DNA from: Alphaproteobacteria bacterium
GTDB taxonomy: Bacteria; Pseudomonadota; Alphaproteobacteria; Bin65
Direction of reading: 5' to 3'
Assembly (NCBI GenBank): GCA_965220685.1
Contig: CBDCQR010000004.1
Coordinates: forward strand, 14,542-78,541
Length of the DNA stretch: 64,000 bases
A program made the translations under genes and the position numbers. Numbering within the stretch: position 1 is the first letter of the stretch; each line of letters opens with the position of its first letter. The notes below the pieces were generated by a model. That model saw only the letters and a list, made by a program, of their open reading frames with translations, ran no database searches and was not told where the DNA came from. Positions 47,303 to 56,394 of the stretch are shown in pieces.

Positions 47303-48144
47303 CCGCGCTGCCGGAGCCGACCTCGCCGCTCAACCGGGTGCGCCGCCGGGTCGGCGCCTTCATGGAGAGCCCGCGGATCACGCGCGCGATCACCGCGGTG
47401 ATCGTCTTCAACGCGATCACCCTCGGCCTTGAAACCTCGGCCGGCGTCATGGAGCGCGCCGGGCCGCTGCTCCTGTTCCTCGACGACGCCGTGCTGGCGA
47501 TCTTCGTGATCGAACTGCTCGCCAAGCTGTTCGCCTTCGGCTGGCGCTATTTCACCAACGGCTGGAACGTCTTCGATTTCATCATCGTCGGCATCGCGCT
47601 CGCGCCGGCGAGCGGCGACCTCACCGTCCTGCGTGCGCTGCGCATCCTGCGCGTGCTGCGGCTGGTCGCCATCGTGCCCTCGATGCGCAAGGTGGTGATG
47701 GCGCTCATGGCGGCGATCCCCGGCGTCTCCAGCGTCATCGCCCTGCTCGCGCTGGTCTACTACGTCTTCGCCGTCATGGTGACCAAGCTCTACGGCAAGG
47801 CCTTTCCCGACTGGTTCGGCACGGTCGGCGAGAGCATGTATTCGCTGTTCCAGATCATGACCCTGGAAAGCTGGTCCATGGGCATCGTGCGCCCGGTGAT
47901 GGAACAGTTCCCCAACGCCTGGATGGTCTTCGTGCCGTTCATCCTTTTGACCAGCTTCGCCGTCATCAACCTGTTCATCGCCGTGATCGTCAACGCCATG
48001 ACCGAGCAGAGCCAGGCCGAGTCCGCGGCGCTCAAGGAGGAGATGCACGCCGTCACCGAGGCCGAAGCCTCGGCCCTGATGCAGCGCATGGCGGCCCTGC
48101 AGCGCCAGATGGACGAGATCAAGGGAATGCTGGAGCGGCGTTAG
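47299..48144 (+). CDS. Bacterial voltage-gated sodium channel (BacNav, 6-TM), copy 2
   Basis: GTG start overlaps the upstream TGA (GTGA); S4 LRALRILRVLRL, filter TLESWSMG. Confidence 0.9.
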   Translation: MTALPEPTSPLNRVRRRVGAFMESPRITRAITAVIVFNAITLGLETSAGVMERAGPLLLFLDDAVLAIFVIELLAKLFAFGWRYFTNGWNVFDFIIVGIALAPASGDLTVLRALRILRVLRLVAIVPSMRKVVMALMAAIPGVSSVIALLALVYYVFAVMVTKLYGKAFPDWFGTVGESMYSLFQIMTLESWSMGIVRPVMEQFPNAWMVFVPFILLTSFAVINLFIAVIVNAMTEQSQAESAALKEEMHAVTEAEASALMQRMAALQRQMDEIKGMLERR

Positions 48145-48851
48145 CCGGCCGCTTCCAGCAGCAGCGCGGCGGTCTCCTCCGGGTGCGAGATCATCAGGTC
48201 GTGCGGGCCGTCGATGCGGCGGCGCAGCCAGCCGGCTTCTGCCGCCACGCGCTCATGGATCGCGTGGAAGGGCGACGGGTCGTTGGCGGTCGCCAGGATA
48301 TGCATCCTGCGGCCGACCGTTTCCCACGCGCCGGACAGCACAATGCGGTCGGTGAGGCAGCGCAGGGGATGCGGCGTTACCTTACGGGCCACCCAGGCCT
48401 GCTGCGCCGGATCGTCGAGCCAGGCACTCGCCGGCAGGGGCGGTACTTTCCAGCTATCGCCCCGTTCCGCGGCGGACCTCTCGAACGCCGCGACGCGCTC
48501 CGGCGGGGCCATGTCGTTGACGCACTGGCCGTCCGCCGGCACGAAGGCGTCGAGATAGACCAGCGCCCTGAGGCGCCCGGCCGCCCGGTCCGCCGCGCCG
48601 GTCACAACCATGCCGCCGTAGCTGTGGCCGCACAGCACGATTTCGTCCAGCTCTTCCCATTCGAGCAGGTTGGCGACGTCGAGGATATGGGTGTCGAGGC
48701 CGGTCTCGGGCGTCAGCAGATGCGCGCGGTCGGCGAGGCCGGTCAGCGTCGGCGCAAACACCCGATGGCCGGCCGATTGCAGCCGGCCTGCAACCTCCCG
48801 CCAGCACCAGCCGCCGTGCCACGCGCCATGCACCAGGACGAAGGTCGTCAT
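48141..48851 (-). CDS. Alpha/beta hydrolase (esterase, AB_hydrolase_6-like)
   Basis: LVHGAWHGGWCW, GHSYGG nucleophile elbow, GPHDLM. Confidence 0.9.
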   Translation of the reverse strand: MTTFVLVHGAWHGGWCWREVAGRLQSAGHRVFAPTLTGLADRAHLLTPETGLDTHILDVANLLEWEELDEIVLCGHSYGGMVVTGAADRAAGRLRALVYLDAFVPADGQCVNDMAPPERVAAFERSAAERGDSWKVPPLPASAWLDDPAQQAWVARKVTPHPLRCLTDRIVLSGAWETVGRRMHILATANDPSPFHAIHERVAAEAGWLRRRIDGPHDLMISHPEETAALLLEAAG

Positions 48852-49846
48852 CGGCCGGCCTCCCCCTCGGCGGCGGCGCCGTCCGCAAGATCGTCGGCGA
48901 TGAAGCTTCGAACGATTTCGTCGATCGAACCGTCCGGGACAATGCCCAAAGCTTCGGCCCTAGCGCCGCAGGCCGCACCGGGCCAGCCGCCGACGATCTT
49001 CATGGTCGCCGGGTCCGGCTTCCAGCGGATCGCGCCCAACCTGCGGTTGCCGGCGTTGCGCGCCACGGCCTCGGCCATGTCCGACGCTGTCGCCCGGAGG
49101 CCGGACAGCAGCAGCGTGCGCTTCAGGCCGAGCCGGCCACCGGGCAGGTCGTGCGCGGCGATGAAGGCGTCGACCGTGCGCCGGGGCGACAGGCAGGCCA
49201 TCGCGACGCCGGGCTCGACCGGGCAGTCGTAGTCCCGGCCCTGCAAAGGCTCGCGGATGATCGAGCTCGCCCAGGTCGAGGCCGCCCGGTTGGGCGCGGG
49301 CCGGACCATGATCGTCGGCAGGCGCAGCGCCCGGCCATCGATATAGCCCTTGCGGGTGTAGTCGTGGACCAACTGTTCGCCGACCAGCTTCTGGATGCCG
49401 TAGGAGGTCTGCGGCAGCGGCGGGGTATCGTCCTCGATCGTCTCCGGCAGGTCGCCGCCATAGACCGCGATGGAGGAGGCGAAGACCAGGCGCGGCGGGC
49501 GCTCCAGCCCGCGGCAGGCTTCGAGCAGGTTGCGCGTGCCGTCCAGGTTGACCCGGTAGCCGAGCGCGAAATCCTCCTCCGCCCCGGCGCTGACGATGGC
49601 GGCAAGATGGAAGACGCTCGCCGCACCGCCGCCGACCAGATCGCGTATCGTAGCGGCGTCGGCGATGTCGCCGGTCACCGCCTCGGCCCGGCCGCCGAGA
49701 TCGTCCGACGGGACGGTGTCGAACAGCACGAGTTCCGATACCGGGGCAGGCGCGCCGTCCGGTCCGGCGAGCGTCCCGCGCTCCAGGATCGCCCGCGCCA
49801 GCTTCCACCCGAGAAACCCGGCCCCGCCGGTGATGATGACGCGCAT
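48848..49846 (-). CDS. denD: NAD-dependent epimerase/dehydrogenase, D-erythronate dehydrogenase-like
   Basis: ITGGAGFLG, HLAAIVSAGAEEDF, SYGIQK, PNRAASTWASSIIREPL. Confidence 0.7.
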   Translation of the reverse strand: MRVIITGGAGFLGWKLARAILERGTLAGPDGAPAPVSELVLFDTVPSDDLGGRAEAVTGDIADAATIRDLVGGGAASVFHLAAIVSAGAEEDFALGYRVNLDGTRNLLEACRGLERPPRLVFASSIAVYGGDLPETIEDDTPPLPQTSYGIQKLVGEQLVHDYTRKGYIDGRALRLPTIMVRPAPNRAASTWASSIIREPLQGRDYDCPVEPGVAMACLSPRRTVDAFIAAHDLPGGRLGLKRTLLLSGLRATASDMAEAVARNAGNRRLGAIRWKPDPATMKIVGGWPGAACGARAEALGIVPDGSIDEIVRSFIADDLADGAAAEGEAGR

Positions 49847-49981
49847 GAATGCCGCTTCCGCTCGATTGCTTCCGTCGGGTTTTCTCTGACAGGGGCGCCG
49901 CCCGGTCAACCGTGCAAGGGGTTGGCGTTTGCCCGTCTCCTCCTGTAGGGAAACGGCGACCGAAATTTCGATCCGGCAGCC

Positions 49982-51142
49982 ATGACTTTCCCCGCCGGCC
50001 GCATCCTGGCCACCCATGTCGGCAGCCTGCCGCGGCCCGACGACCTGATCGACCTGCTCGTCGCGAAAGACCGGGACCGACCCTACGATCCGGCCCTGCT
50101 CGACCGGCGCGTCACCGAATCGGTCGCGGAGATCGTCCGGAAACAGGTCGACTGCGGCGTCGACATCGTCAGCGACGGCGAAATGTCGAAAATCTCCTAC
50201 ACCAACTATGTCAAGCACCGGCTCAAGGGCTTCGGCGATCCGGAGCCGCTGCGCTGGATGCCGTCGGACCTGAAGGCCCATCCGGACTACGCCGCCAGCA
50301 TGCGCGCCAACGCCAGACTGCCGAACCTCGACCCGCCGGCCTGCCGCGCGCCGATCGAACCGGGCGATACCGGGCCGCTGGAGACCGACCTCGCGAACTT
50401 CCGCGCGGCCGTGGACATGACGCAGCCGGCCGGCGCCTTCATGAACGCCGCCTCGCCCGGCGTCGTCGCCCATTTCATGCCGAACGGCTGGTACGAGACG
50501 CGCGACGCCTATGTGCTGGCGCTCGGCGAGGCGCTGGCCTGCGAATACGAGGCGATCCACGAGGCCGGCTTCCTGCTCCAGATCGATTGCCCGGACCTCG
50601 CCATGATCCGCCACATGGAGTTCGCCGGCCGGTCCCTCGAAGACTTCCGCCACGCCGCCGAAGTCGGCGTCGAGGCGCTCAACCACGCGACCCGCAACAT
50701 CCCGGCCGAGGCGATGCGCATGCACATCTGCTGGGGCAACTATCCCGGCCCGCACACCCATGACGTGCCCTTCGCCGCGATGGCGGACATCGTGTTCCGG
50801 GCGCGGCCCGCGACCGTGCTGTTCGAGGGCGCCAATCCCCAGCACGGCCACCAGCACGAGGAACTGGCGGACCTGCCCATCCCCGAAGACAAGATCCTCG
50901 CACCCGGCGTGATCGACACCAACACCAACCATGTCGAGCACCCGAAGCTGGTCGCCCAGCGCCTGTGCGCCTACGCCGATATCGTCGGGCGCGAGCGGGT
51001 CCAGGCCGGCACCGACTGCGGCTTCTCCACGCTCGCCAGCCTGCCGCGGGTCTGGCCCAGCATCGTCTGGGAGAAGCTGCGCGCCCTGGCGGACGGCGCG
51101 GCGCTCGCGACCGACCGGCTGTGGGGGCGGAAGGCCGCGTAG
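49982..51142 (+). CDS. Cobalamin-independent methionine synthase II family (single MetE C-terminal domain)
   Basis: THVGSLPRP, MHICWGNY, GVID, AGTDCGF. Confidence 0.88.
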   Translation: MTFPAGRILATHVGSLPRPDDLIDLLVAKDRDRPYDPALLDRRVTESVAEIVRKQVDCGVDIVSDGEMSKISYTNYVKHRLKGFGDPEPLRWMPSDLKAHPDYAASMRANARLPNLDPPACRAPIEPGDTGPLETDLANFRAAVDMTQPAGAFMNAASPGVVAHFMPNGWYETRDAYVLALGEALACEYEAIHEAGFLLQIDCPDLAMIRHMEFAGRSLEDFRHAAEVGVEALNHATRNIPAEAMRMHICWGNYPGPHTHDVPFAAMADIVFRARPATVLFEGANPQHGHQHEELADLPIPEDKILAPGVIDTNTNHVEHPKLVAQRLCAYADIVGRERVQAGTDCGFSTLASLPRVWPSIVWEKLRALADGAALATDRLWGRKAA

Positions 51143-51143
51143 C

Positions 51144-52421
51144 ATGGAGGCTCCGCCTTTCCGAATCCACGTCTGCCAGCCGGAGCGGCGCGAGCCCGGA
51201 TTCATCGTCCTGCCGGTCGGCAAGGCGGTGCGCGCGATTTCCCGCGAGTCCGTCTTCGAGGCGCTGGTCGCGCTTGACCGCGAGGGCAGAATCGCCTGGC
51301 AATGGCGCTCGCCCGGCAACCGCTCGCTGATGGATGTCAAGCGCACGCCGCGCGGCACGCTGCTCGCGATGACAACCGACGGCTGCATCCTCGAGGTCGC
51401 GCAATCGGGAGAGACGATCCGCGCATGGTCGTCGCCGGGCCGCGGCCCGCAGGCCGAGAACGCAATATCCGTCGATACCCTGTATTTCCACCATTCGGTG
51501 CAGGAACTGCCCGACGGCAATTTCGCCGCCCTGTCGCTGGCGACGCGGACCTTCGACGATTACCCGCTGTCCGAGGCCGACATCGCCGGGCCGCGCGGGC
51601 AACGGCTGCTGGCCGGCGACACGGTCGTCGAGTTCACCGCCGACGGCACGGTGGTGCGCGAACACGACTTCTTCGACATCATCGACCCGCACCGCATCGG
51701 CTACGGGCTGGACGCGCCATTCTGGACCATCGCGGAGGTCGCGCCCGGCGCCGCCGACTGGACCCATGCCAACGGGCTGATCCACGATCCGTCGGACGAC
51801 AGCTTCATCGTTACGGTCCGCCACCAGGACTGCGCCATCAAGATCGACCGGCAGAGCGGCGCGCTCGCATGGATCCTCGGCACGCCGGACGGCTGGCGCG
51901 AGCCCTGGGCGTCGAAACTGCTGAAGCCCGCCGGCCGGCCTGACTGGTTCTGGCATCTGCACGATCCGAGCCTCATGCAGGACGGCTGCCTGCTGCTGTT
52001 CGACAACGGCGAAAGCGGCGCCTTCCCGCCGGCGCCCAAGCGGGACATCGACAGCCTGGTCAGCCGCGCCATCGCCTACCGGATCGACGAGCGGGCGATG
52101 ACCTGCGCGCCGGCCTGGTCGTTCGAAGGGCCGTATTCCATGTATGTCAGCGGCGCGCACGAACTGCCGCAGACCGGCAATATCTTCGTCACCTTCGGCG
52201 GCATCACGCTGACCCGGCCGGAGGGCGCGCGCACCGACCTGCCGCCGAAAGGCTACGGCAGCGCGGAGATGTTCGAGGTGACGCGGACCGATCCGCCGGA
52301 AATCCTGTTCCACGCCGAACTGAACGACCGTGACGGCCCCAAGGGCACGGATTCCGAAACCGGCTGGGCGATCTTCCGCGCCGAACGGGTGCCGCCGGAC
52401 TGGTTCGGCGGCAGCCCGTGA
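51144..52421 (+). CDS. Aryl-sulfate sulfotransferase (ASST)-like beta-propeller
   Basis: FHHSVQELPDGN, DWTHANGL..D, VRHQD, WILG, LFDNG. Confidence 0.78.
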   Translation: MEAPPFRIHVCQPERREPGFIVLPVGKAVRAISRESVFEALVALDREGRIAWQWRSPGNRSLMDVKRTPRGTLLAMTTDGCILEVAQSGETIRAWSSPGRGPQAENAISVDTLYFHHSVQELPDGNFAALSLATRTFDDYPLSEADIAGPRGQRLLAGDTVVEFTADGTVVREHDFFDIIDPHRIGYGLDAPFWTIAEVAPGAADWTHANGLIHDPSDDSFIVTVRHQDCAIKIDRQSGALAWILGTPDGWREPWASKLLKPAGRPDWFWHLHDPSLMQDGCLLLFDNGESGAFPPAPKRDIDSLVSRAIAYRIDERAMTCAPAWSFEGPYSMYVSGAHELPQTGNIFVTFGGITLTRPEGARTDLPPKGYGSAEMFEVTRTDPPEILFHAELNDRDGPKGTDSETGWAIFRAERVPPDWFGGSP

Positions 52422-52467
52422 TGCATCCGCGGATGGCGGCGGGAAACCGAAGGCAGGGGAGGCGGCG

Positions 52468-53586
52468 ATGACGACCGGCCTGGTCTGGGACGAGCGCTTC
52501 ATGTGGCACGACACCGGCACCCGCTTCGGACCTATCGGCGGGCTCGACTGGATGGAGCCCGTCGAGCCGCCGGAAAGCGCGCCGGGCAAGCGGCGGATCA
52601 AGAACCTGCTCGACGCCAGCGGCCTGTCGCGCGCGCTGGTCATGCTCGCGCCGGCGCCGGCCGGCGACGCCGACCTGCTGCGCGTCCACACGCAGGCCCA
52701 TCTCGACCATGTCCGGGCGGTCAGCGAATCGGGCGGCGGCAACGTCGCCCGGCGTTTCGCCACCACCCGGGTCGGCGCGGACGGCGAAAGGATCGCCCGC
52801 CTCGCTGCCGGCGCCGGGATCGCTGCGGTCGACGCCGTGCTCGCCGGAACGGTCGACAACGCCTATTGCCTGCACCGGCCGCCCGGCCACCATGCCGAGC
52901 CGGACGAGGCCATGGGCTTCTGTATCTACGCCAACGCCGCGATCGCCGGCAGCCATGCGCTGGACGTGGCCGGTCTTGAGCGCATCGCCTTCGTCGACTG
53001 GGACGCCCATCACGGCAACGGCACCCAGGCAGCCTTCCGGCGCGATCCCCGGGCGCTCACGATCTCGCTGCACCAGGATTGCGCCTTCCCGCCGGGCAGC
53101 GGGGCTGTCGACGAGATCGGGGAAGGCGCGGCCGTCGGCACCAACATCAACATTCCCCTACCGCCGGGCTCGGGCGAGGGCGCCTATCTGGCAGCGTTCG
53201 AGCGCGTCGTCCTGCCCGCGCTCCGTGCCTTCCGGCCCGACATGATCTTCGTGCCCAGCGGCTTCGATTCCGGCGGCCACGACCCGCTCGCCCGCATGAT
53301 GCTGACCAGCGAGAGCTTCCGCCGGATGACGGAACTGCTGCTGGCGGCGGCCGGCGACCTGTGCGGCGGGCGCCTCGTCCTGCTCCACGAGGGCGGCTAC
53401 GCGCCCCATATCGTGCCCTTCATGGCGCTCGCGGTCTTCGAGGCGCTGAGCGGCGAAAAAACCGGCGTGACCGACCCCTTCCTGCCCGCGCTCGCGGGCA
53501 ACCCCTGGCAGGCCCTCCAGCCCCACCAGGACCGCGCCGTCGCCGCCGCCGAGCGGGCCGGGCTGGCCGCCCTGCTGGCGCGCTAG
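52468..53586 (+). CDS. Class II histone deacetylase-like amidohydrolase
   Basis: RPPGHHA, GFCIYAN, DWDAHHGNGTQ, GFD, HEGGY. Confidence 0.9.
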   Translation: MTTGLVWDERFMWHDTGTRFGPIGGLDWMEPVEPPESAPGKRRIKNLLDASGLSRALVMLAPAPAGDADLLRVHTQAHLDHVRAVSESGGGNVARRFATTRVGADGERIARLAAGAGIAAVDAVLAGTVDNAYCLHRPPGHHAEPDEAMGFCIYANAAIAGSHALDVAGLERIAFVDWDAHHGNGTQAAFRRDPRALTISLHQDCAFPPGSGAVDEIGEGAAVGTNINIPLPPGSGEGAYLAAFERVVLPALRAFRPDMIFVPSGFDSGGHDPLARMMLTSESFRRMTELLLAAAGDLCGGRLVLLHEGGYAPHIVPFMALAVFEALSGEKTGVTDPFLPALAGNPWQALQPHQDRAVAAAERAGLAALLAR

Positions 53587-53653
53587 CCGTCTGCGGGTGT
53601 CATGATGTGTCATGTTTTGTCATGATTCGTCATGGCATCCCTCTCCACTCCAA

Positions 53654-53783
53654 CCGTCATTCCGACCGTAGCCCCGGATTGAATCCGGGGCGGAGTGGAG
53701 GAATCTCGTCGCAGGACTCCTGCGCCATTTCGATGGATCGAGCCGGGATCCCTCCACTCGCTGGCGCTCGGTCGGGATGACGG
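53654..53783. repeat. REP/RPE-like palindromic element, family D
   Basis: CCGTCATTCCGACC...GGAGTGGAGGAATC...GATCCCTCCACTC...GGTCGGGATGACGG. Confidence 0.8.
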
Positions 53784-54059
53784 TGATGGATGTGTCATGA
53801 GATGTCATGGTTCGCCGCGGTCTGCGACAAAACAGACCGGTCTATACACCGCACTTTTTTTGCTCCTCCCACCGCAAAATCCGCAGAAATCAGCCATTCC
53901 CGCCCGACGGCCGCGCACAAACGGCGAAATGCTGTGTATAATTTCCCATGCCGTCCACACCGGGCGGGCACGCCGATACGGCGGCACGGGTGCACCGGGA
54001 TGTTCGAGACGCGTCATGAAATGTCATGATTCGTCACGATCCTGCATTTCCACTCTTCT

Positions 54060-54159
54060 TGCCGCCCCGGACCCGATCCGGGGCCCAGTGGCGACCCGAA
54101 CGGTCTCAGCCTGTGGCCCCTGGACCCCGGATCTCCGCTGCGCTCCGTCCGGGGTGGCA
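54060..54159. repeat. REP/MITE-like palindromic element, family B
   Basis: Closely similar to 17831-17938. Confidence 0.8.
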
Positions 54160-54422
54160 AAGGGGAGTGGCGGTAAGTTCGGGATACGTCATGAAATGTC
54201 ATGATTCGTCGCGATTCTCCGTTCCGGCCAATTCCCGGCCTCAGGTCCGGCAGCCTCTCTCCGGCTGGATTCTTCTGTGAAAAGGGCACCGACCGAATCC
54301 CCCTCCCCCCAGGGGAGGGGGACTCGAACAGGGCCGGTGAGGGGGATGTCCGGCGGTGTCAGGAAATGTCATGTTTCGTCATGGCCGGGTCCGGCGGCAG
54401 GGCCGATCCGCTCCGGCCTGAT

Positions 54423-54437
54423 GTTCATATAATGTTC
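54423..54437. promoter_or_regulatory. Alphaproteobacterial LexA (SOS) box
   Basis: Exact GTTC-N7-GTTC (GTTC ATATAAT GTTC). Confidence 0.7.
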
Positions 54438-54453
54438 TCTCTTCGTTTGTCAA
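54426..54453 (-). promoter_or_regulatory. Putative sigma70 promoter overlapping the LexA box, pointing into the repeat array
   Basis: Minus strand reads TTGACA-N16-TATATG. Confidence 0.55.
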
Positions 54454-54516
54454 CCCACAAACCGCGCAAGGCGACGGACCGGCCGTTCGGACCGGCAATC
54501 CCTCCGCCGCCTCTGG

Positions 54517-55365
54517 CTACCGGGTCAGCACCGCCCCCGGATCGCCGACATCGACCACGCCGATGGCGCGGTGGGCCTTGTAGCCGAGCACTTCCTGGAC
54601 GCGCTTCGGGAAGCCGCGGACCTGCTCCAGCGGCACGGTGAGAAACATGTTCTCCTCCGTGCGCAGCCAGCCGACGACATAGCCGACGAACATGCCGCGC
54701 CGCGCCTCGGCCGCCGTCCGGTTGGCGCCGCCGCCGTGGATCGTCGAGCCGAGATAGAGCAGCGCCGAGCCGGCGGGCATCTCGGCCTGGAGGATTTCCG
54801 CCGGCTCCGGCTCGCGGCCGGCCGGCCACAGATGGCTGCCGGGCACGACCTGCGTGGCGCCGTTCGCGGCCGTGAAATCGGTGAGCGCGACCATCGCCTC
54901 GACCTCGAGCTGGGCGCGCGGACCCCCGGCGATCCGGGCGGCGATCAGCGGTCCGAAGCGCCAGGCGTCCTCGTCGCGGTGCAGGCGCTGGGCGGTCTCG
55001 CCGGGCCGGATCTCGATGAACTGGCCGGTGTTGAACAGGTAGTCGAGGCAATGGGGCAGCAGATAGTGGTCCGCGAGGCCGGTCAGCACCGGCGACTGCA
55101 TCGCTTCGACGAAGGCCGCCGACTTGCCGGGCAGACCGTCGAAACGCACGGTCGTCGCGCCGTAGAATTCCTCCATCGCCGGCATCGTCGGACGGCGCAC
55201 GCCGGGCGCCAGCGTTTCGACAATCCGGTCGAAATCGGTATTCAGCGCCTCAAGCTGCCCCGGCGTCAGGAAGCCGTCGACGACCGCGGCGCCGTCAGCA
55301 TCGAGCGCAGCGATGAAGTCGTCAAGCGGGGCAGTTGCGGACAATCGGGCAAGGCTGGCGGTCAT
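54517..55365 (-). CDS. Phytanoyl-CoA dioxygenase (PhyH) family Fe(II)/2-oxoglutarate oxygenase
   Basis: QRLHRDED, ALTDFTAANGAT.VVPGSH, HGGGAN, RTEEN. Confidence 0.9.
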   Translation of the reverse strand: MTASLARLSATAPLDDFIAALDADGAAVVDGFLTPGQLEALNTDFDRIVETLAPGVRRPTMPAMEEFYGATTVRFDGLPGKSAAFVEAMQSPVLTGLADHYLLPHCLDYLFNTGQFIEIRPGETAQRLHRDEDAWRFGPLIAARIAGGPRAQLEVEAMVALTDFTAANGATQVVPGSHLWPAGREPEPAEILQAEMPAGSALLYLGSTIHGGGANRTAAEARRGMFVGYVVGWLRTEENMFLTVPLEQVRGFPKRVQEVLGYKAHRAIGVVDVGDPGAVLTR

Positions 55366-55571
55366 TGCGGTCTCCGCTCCTGCAAACGGCAATGCGCCAT
55401 TTTTCCACGAGTCGGCGGCAAGGGAAACGGCGTCGACAGAACCGATGGGTCGGGCCCGCCGCCAGCACCGCGGTCGCCGCATGCATCCGGCGTTTGCCGC
55501 GCCGCCGGCTTGCCGGACACGCCGGCCCCGCCTATCGTCGGCGAGAAATCCGGGCTAGAGGAAACGGAGCG

Positions 55572-55907
55572 ATGATTCCGGTCACGGACGAGCTTCTGGG
55601 CGCGATGGTTCGGGCCATCGTGGACGAGGTCGATCCCGAACGGGTGATTCTGTTCGGCTCCCGCGCGCGCGGCGAAGCGCGGCGGGAGTCGGATGTGGAT
55701 CTGATCGTCATCGAAGCCGAACCCTTCGGCCCGGCGCGCAGCCGCCGCCGCGAGGCCGCCCGGCTCTACCGCGCCACGGCGCATTTTCCCGTGCCCGCCG
55801 ACATTCTCGTCTTCTCGCGCGCCGAGGCGGACTACTGGCGCGATTCCCTGAACCATGTGCTGGCCCGCGCCTTGCGGGAAGGCAGGGTGCTGCATGAGCG
55901 ACATTAA
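55572..55907 (+). CDS. Minimal nucleotidyltransferase (MNT antitoxin)
   Basis: ILFGSRARG, SDVDLIV. Confidence 0.88.
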   Translation: MIPVTDELLGAMVRAIVDEVDPERVILFGSRARGEARRESDVDLIVIEAEPFGPARSRRREAARLYRATAHFPVPADILVFSRAEADYWRDSLNHVLARALREGRVLHERH

Positions 55908-56292
55908 ATGCGCCCGGATGCTGCTGCGCGCGGCCGAACGCGATCTGCTTGCGCTCCGCAGCATGTCGGCTGCAGCGCCCGAAGAGGCGTTCGGATTCCA
56001 TGTGCAGCAAGCGGCGGAAAAGGCTCTCAAGGCCTGGCTCGCCTTGCTCGGCGAGGCCTACCCCCTCACGCACAACCTCACAACCCTGCTGACTCTCCTG
56101 TCCGCCCTCGGCGCCGCCGTGACGCGTTACGAGACTCTCGCAGATTACACGCCCTACGCTGTCGAGTTCCGCTACACGGGCGTGGACCCGGAAGCCGAAG
56201 CCATCGACCGCGGCGGCGCGGCGGCGCTCGTCCAGGGGCTGCTGTCGGACGTCGGCCGGGCGCTGGAGAAAGCGGCGGGCGAAAGTCGGTAA
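55894..56292 (+). CDS. HEPN-domain protein (MNT-HEPN partner)
   Basis: FHVQQAAEKALKA, THNL, FRY; overlaps the MNT gene. Confidence 0.88.
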   Translation: MSDIKCARMLLRAAERDLLALRSMSAAAPEEAFGFHVQQAAEKALKAWLALLGEAYPLTHNLTTLLTLLSALGAAVTRYETLADYTPYAVEFRYTGVDPEAEAIDRGGAAALVQGLLSDVGRALEKAAGESR

Positions 56293-56394
56293 CGGGAAAA
56301 TCGACGGCCCGGCGACCGCGGGCGCGCCGGCCCTCGCCAGACGGCGGCGGGTTTCGCTATTCTGGCCCGGCCTCGCCTTATCGGACGCATCGGT

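Larger units (their letters stand above)
53598..54386. repeat. Array of five clusters of 10-bp-phased (T/C)GTCATGANN repeats interleaved with palindromic elements
   Basis: Clusters at 53598 (4 units), 53793, 54012, 54187 and 54357; CGTCATGAAATGTCATGATTCGTC is identical at 54012 and 54187. Confidence 0.85.

Noticed and set aside
53610-54289. Small ORFs ending in NHDIS or HEMS inside the repeat array
   Set aside because: The shared ends follow from the TCATGA repeat containing stop codons; 10-bp phasing points to DNA- or RNA-level function, not coding.
53598-54386. CRISPR array
   Set aside because: Repeats are degenerate 10-bp-period clusters, spacers are about 140-190 bp and contain known-type hairpins, and no cas genes are in the window.
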